Below, piece by piece: positions 60,216 to 64,000 of a DNA stretch of 64,000 nucleotides. The notes below the pieces were generated by a model. The model worked only from the letters and a program-made list of their open reading frames with translations, did no database searches and was not told the DNA's origin. The stretch covers positions 1,856,001 through 1,920,000 of the forward strand of contig OY821645.1 of NCBI GenBank assembly GCA_963682135.1, read 5' to 3'. The position numbers were made by a program, and so were the translations under genes. This stretch comes from Methanothrix sp. Its GTDB lineage: Archaea > Halobacteriota > Methanosarcinia > Methanotrichales > Methanotrichaceae. The number at the start of each line of letters is the position of its first letter. Within the stretch, counting starts at the first letter, position 1.

Positions 60216-61361
60216 GTGCCTTCTCCAATCCAGATATTTCTAGATCGGCATAATCTGGACGGTTTTCTCTTTGTCGGCGACAGTATCTGTGATGCCGACA
60301 TGTATTATATCTCTCATTTTCTGGCAGGCGACAGATTCGCCGCTCTCGCCCAGGAGAAGACCACACTGCTCGTCTCTTCCATGGAGATGAAACGGGCGGA
60401 GAAGGAGTCCATAGCAGACAAATGTCTGAGCACATCACAATACCGAATTAGAGAAAAGCTGAAGAGAAGCGAAAACTGGGAAGAGGCTTATGCCTGGATG
60501 CTAGCGGATTTTTTGCGGGATCACAGCATAAAACGTCTGGGGGTGCCGTTTCGCTTTCCGGCTGGTCTATACCGACATCTGATCCAGGATTTCGAGGTCG
60601 CTGTCCAGGAGAGCCCCGCCTCAAGCTCTCGAGAGGTAAAGACGCAAGAAGAGCTAAGCGCCATTGCCGATACACAGAGGGCTTGCGAGAGAGCCATGCG
60701 CCAGGCGATTCTTTTGATCGGCAGCTGTGAACCACGTGGGGAATTGCTCTATCGCGACGATATGCCTCTTACCTCGGAAAAGGTGCGCAGTGCAATTGAT
60801 GTATCTCTGCTGGGGGATGGCTGCGAGACAATGGATACCATAGTTGCCGGCGGCCTGCAAGCGGCAGCCCCCCATGCGCGAGGAACGGGACCGTTAGCCG
60901 CCAATGCCCCCATTGTCATAGATATCTTTCCGCGCAGCAAGAGCAGCCGCTACTTTGCCGATATGACGCGCACGGTTCTCAGAGGCGAAGCCACACTGGA
61001 AGTAAAAGAGATCTATGAGGCAGTCTGTCTGGCGCAGGCCGAGGGCCTTCTAGCGGTCCGGGCGGGCGTATGCGGCAAAGAGGTTCATTCTCGGGTATCA
61101 GAGGTCTTCCGGGATCAGGGATATCCGGAGACTGAGGGCCAGGGCTTTACCCATTCCACCGGGCACGGCGTGGGCCTGGATGTGCATGAAAAACCCTCGC
61201 TCAGCGAAGTAGGTGAGACTCTAGAAGTCAACCATGTGGTAACCGTGGAACCAGGCCTTTACTATCCCGATATCGGAGGCGTGCGCATGGAGGACTTGGT
61301 AGTAGTAAAGAAAAACGGCTGCGAGAACCTCACTCATTTCGAGAAGAAGCTCGTTATTTAG
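60216..61361 (+). CDS. Xaa-Pro aminopeptidase (M24B)
   Basis: PH, ID..P, YFADMTRT, HSTGHGVGLDVHE, TVEPG and RMED. Confidence 0.92.
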   Translation: MPSPIQIFLDRHNLDGFLFVGDSICDADMYYISHFLAGDRFAALAQEKTTLLVSSMEMKRAEKESIADKCLSTSQYRIREKLKRSENWEEAYAWMLADFLRDHSIKRLGVPFRFPAGLYRHLIQDFEVAVQESPASSSREVKTQEELSAIADTQRACERAMRQAILLIGSCEPRGELLYRDDMPLTSEKVRSAIDVSLLGDGCETMDTIVAGGLQAAAPHARGTGPLAANAPIVIDIFPRSKSSRYFADMTRTVLRGEATLEVKEIYEAVCLAQAEGLLAVRAGVCGKEVHSRVSEVFRDQGYPETEGQGFTHSTGHGVGLDVHEKPSLSEVGETLEVNHVVTVEPGLYYPDIGGVRMEDLVVVKKNGCENLTHFEKKLVI

Positions 61362-61370
61362 GTGTTATCA

Positions 61371-62252
61371 ATGCAGAAGGAAATTTTAGAGAATTACAGA
61401 AAGGCAGGGCGGATCCTGGCCGAGGTGCTGGCCGAGGCAAGGCCGCGAGTAGAATTGGGCGCGTCACTGCTGGATGTGGCAAATTTCGTGGAGGATGCGA
61501 TCAGATCAAAGGGCGCAAAGCCCGCTTTTCCCTGCAACATATCTCTGGATAGAAACGCAGCTCATTACACGCCTTCGCCCCTTGATACCGCCCGTTTTAG
61601 CGAGAATATGGTCAAGCTGGATGTGGGTGTGCATGTGGACGGCTATATCGCTGATGCCGCCATCACCATTGACCTTAGCGGCCATGATAAACTGGTCGAA
61701 GCCTCTCATGTTGCTCTGCAGGCGGCTTTAGAGATAATCGAGCCCGGCACAGACACCGCCCAGATCGGCAAAGTCATAGAAGAGGCCATAACCGGTTACG
61801 GCTACAAGCCGGTATATAATTTGACAGGTCACGGTCTGTCTAGATATCTGGCCCATGACGAGCCTGCGGTGCCCAATAAAGCTATGGAAAAGGGAACCGT
61901 CTTGAAGGAAGGTGATGTTATCGCCATTGAGCCCTTTGCCACCAACGGATCGGGGAGGATCAGCGAGGCCCAGATTAATGAGATCTACGGTTTTTCCGCC
62001 ATGCGACCGGTGCGCCTTCCTGCAGCCCGTACGCTCTTAAAAGAGATTTCCGAAGAATACAAGACACTTCCCTTTGCCAGGCGCTGGCTGCAAGCCGAGA
62101 GGGCGGAATATGCGCTCATGCAGCTACTGCGCAGTGGAAGCGTGCACAGATATCCTGTGCTCTGGGAAGTAGAAGGTGCCCTGGTCTCCCAGGCCGAGCA
62201 CACCGTTGTGGTTCTCGATAATGGATGCGAGGTAATAACCAGATCGATCTAG
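61371..62252 (+). CDS. map: Methionine aminopeptidase type II
   Basis: AFPCN, AAHY, KLDVGVHVDGYIAD, NLTGH, IEPFAT and QAEHT. Confidence 0.95.
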   Translation: MQKEILENYRKAGRILAEVLAEARPRVELGASLLDVANFVEDAIRSKGAKPAFPCNISLDRNAAHYTPSPLDTARFSENMVKLDVGVHVDGYIADAAITIDLSGHDKLVEASHVALQAALEIIEPGTDTAQIGKVIEEAITGYGYKPVYNLTGHGLSRYLAHDEPAVPNKAMEKGTVLKEGDVIAIEPFATNGSGRISEAQINEIYGFSAMRPVRLPAARTLLKEISEEYKTLPFARRWLQAERAEYALMQLLRSGSVHRYPVLWEVEGALVSQAEHTVVVLDNGCEVITRSI

Positions 62253-62860
62253 TCGGACCCACCCGTATCCTCTGACCCATCATCATCTTTGTAGCTATCA
62301 TCGCCGAGCATTGCCGCGGAAATGGCATCAATTCCATCCATAAGCTCTGCCGTCATGCAGTAAGGTATCTCGCCAATCTCAGGAATGCTCTCTCCGCCTA
62401 TCACTCTCGCCCCTACCTGACTTAATAGATCAAAAGCGCCGTCCAGATTCTCCTCTTTCTCGGCAGCTACCGCCTTTGCCACCATCTCTTCCAGGGGTGT
62501 TTCGCGATCAAAGACTCCAATGATATAGCGCTGGCTGGAGACGAATACCGCGGCGAGGGAGGTCTTGAGGGATTCAAGCATTAAATCGGCATCTTCTCCC
62601 ATAGATTCGGTCTGTGAAAAGACAATCGATCTGATGGCTGTGATCTCGGCCAGAGCCTCTTCGGGTGTTATAACCGTGCGCTCGCACCGGGCTATCACCT
62701 TAAGACAGGCCAGCACTACATCATCCATAATATAGATGAAGACCGCACCCGAGTTCTTATCATCCTCTTCGGTAAGCTTGAAGTTGCTGTCCTTAACCTT
62801 ATTCATCCAATTGAGCCATCGCTTCTCGGTGTAGAATTCTTCTTTCATTTTACAACTCAT
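62249..62860 (-). CDS. DUF2150-like conserved archaeal protein
   Basis: FYTEKRWLNW N-terminus and acidic tail. Confidence 0.7.
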   Translation of the reverse strand: MSCKMKEEFYTEKRWLNWMNKVKDSNFKLTEEDDKNSGAVFIYIMDDVVLACLKVIARCERTVITPEEALAEITAIRSIVFSQTESMGEDADLMLESLKTSLAAVFVSSQRYIIGVFDRETPLEEMVAKAVAAEKEENLDGAFDLLSQVGARVIGGESIPEIGEIPYCMTAELMDGIDAISAAMLGDDSYKDDDGSEDTGGSD

Positions 62861-62875
62861 CCTTAATTTTGCAGT

Positions 62876-63376
62876 TTACCGGTATGTGTCTACCAAGGCC
62901 ACCCGTTCGATGACCAGATCTTCGATCCTTTCCTCGCCCACGGCACATAGCTCCTCGGAAGATATATTAAAAGCCTCTATCACGGCTTTTGCACAAAACG
63001 AACAACCCTGTCCGTCCAGCTTTATGATCTGGGATAGCTCCAAGGCATCCGGCAGAGAGCCGAAGCCAACGAGGACAAGTGCAATTCTTTGTGTACGATC
63101 CGATACTCGCATGAAAAAGGCTCTCTCAATCTGTCTCTCTCCGGAGGCGTAACGCATGATCTCCATTCCCTCATCTTTAGCGATATTTCTCGCTTCGGAA
63201 AAAGCTGCCAGCGCCTTCTGGACGGCAAAGCGGATGTGTCTCTCACTTGCGATCATATCTGCGTCGAGGGCCTGCACTATGCAGCCATGACAGGCCTCTA
63301 GATCCTTAATAGCTGATATGAGTAGCCATTTATCTCTTATAGCCGGCTTTCCGAAGAGCAGGCGAATCTCATTCAT
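62876..63376 (-). CDS. cgi121: KEOPS complex subunit Cgi121
   Basis: QALDAD.IAS..H..FA, RNIAKD.GMEIMRYASGERQI and ERVAL. Confidence 0.85.
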   Translation of the reverse strand: MNEIRLLFGKPAIRDKWLLISAIKDLEACHGCIVQALDADMIASERHIRFAVQKALAAFSEARNIAKDEGMEIMRYASGERQIERAFFMRVSDRTQRIALVLVGFGSLPDALELSQIIKLDGQGCSFCAKAVIEAFNISSEELCAVGEERIEDLVIERVALVDTYR

Positions 63377-63532
63377 CAATTCCGATCTGATGAGGAGGCT
63401 TAAAAGCTTACGGTCTTGCATGCAGAATTGATAGTCGGCCCAAAGAAGCATCTAAAGAGGCTGCAAAATTAGAGATTCATAAAATCTAAGAGGGGCAGGA
63501 CCTCTGCCCATAAGTATTGAGTTTAGAGCAAA

Positions 63533-64000
63533 TCAAACCAGGCCGGCACGTTGCAGCCTTAGTAGGTCTACTGTGTTCAGCTTCTCGCCCTGCCTGAAGT
63601 GGGTAAGGATATCCTCTGCCTCGCGCTTGGCAACCTCTTTGGCGCGATCTTCCTTAATGTCCCGGTTCTTCTTCTTCAAGCCCACAATGACCTTTTCGAA
63701 GTCGCGAACCTCTCTCTGGGTACGGATGAACTCTTTATGTTGCTCATCTGCGGCCTCCTGAGCCTTCACGAACTCTTTGTGAGCAGCATCGGCTTCAGCA
63801 CGAGTCTGATCGGCTTCTTTGAAGGTGGCGATCATCTGATCGTGGTATTCCTGGGCCATTTCCGCAAACTTGGTAACCCGATCGTGGTGGTCGGAAGCCT
63901 GATCTCTCATGGCTTGCGCTTCATCGAGAAGCTTTCTCAGCTCTTCGTTCTTCTCAAGCTGCTCTTTTCTGCCTCTGAACTCTGCATGCAAGGCGGCGAT
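63533..64000 (-). CDS. Archaeal coiled-coil protein (COG1340-like), 3' part
   Basis: A..YH..M...FKEAD..R.EAD..H repeats and GEKL...DL..LQ end; open at the window edge. Confidence 0.75.
   Translation of the reverse strand: MAALHAEFRGRKEQLEKNEELRKLLDEAQAMRDQASDHHDRVTKFAEMAQEYHDQMIATFKEADQTRAEADAAHKEFVKAQEAADEQHKEFIRTQREVRDFEKVIVGLKKKNRDIKEDRAKEVAKREAEDILTHFRQGEKLNTVDLLRLQRAGLV

Overview
Archaeal chromosome segment, most likely from a Methanothrix (Methanosaeta)-like methanogen. This is inferred from the cfbAED F430 genes, an fwdGBD-like cluster, AfpA/Isf, GGGP synthase, L40e, Cgi121 and DUF11 surface proteins. Housekeeping blocks (argF, nadC/nadX, SUI1, secE, cfb, aksE/aksF-like, malic enzyme, map) are interleaved with three accessory parts. 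(i) A 3009-aa secreted protein built on 11 near-identical 381-bp repeats. (ii) A region at ~24.4-42.9 kb with a MazF-type TA pair, a duplicated 110-bp hairpin element, an IS1634-disrupted type IIG/ISP-like RM gene, a leader-bearing ferredoxin, a bacterial-type partner-switching module facing an MBL hydrolase fusion, a frameshifted dodecin and an IS701 remnant. (iii) An AT-rich segment at ~51-54 kb ending in a second, apparently identical IS1634 copy. The most striking element is not in the ORF track: a tRNA-Ser(CGA) gene at 59099-59250 with two non-canonical introns (D-loop 21/22 and T-loop 59/60), each bounded by a bulge-helix-bulge-like motif. Other highlights are a sigma-less RsbU/V/W-type circuit and an FwdB paralog lacking the canonical catalytic His and Arg. 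All family calls rest on motif recognition by eye; no searches were run.
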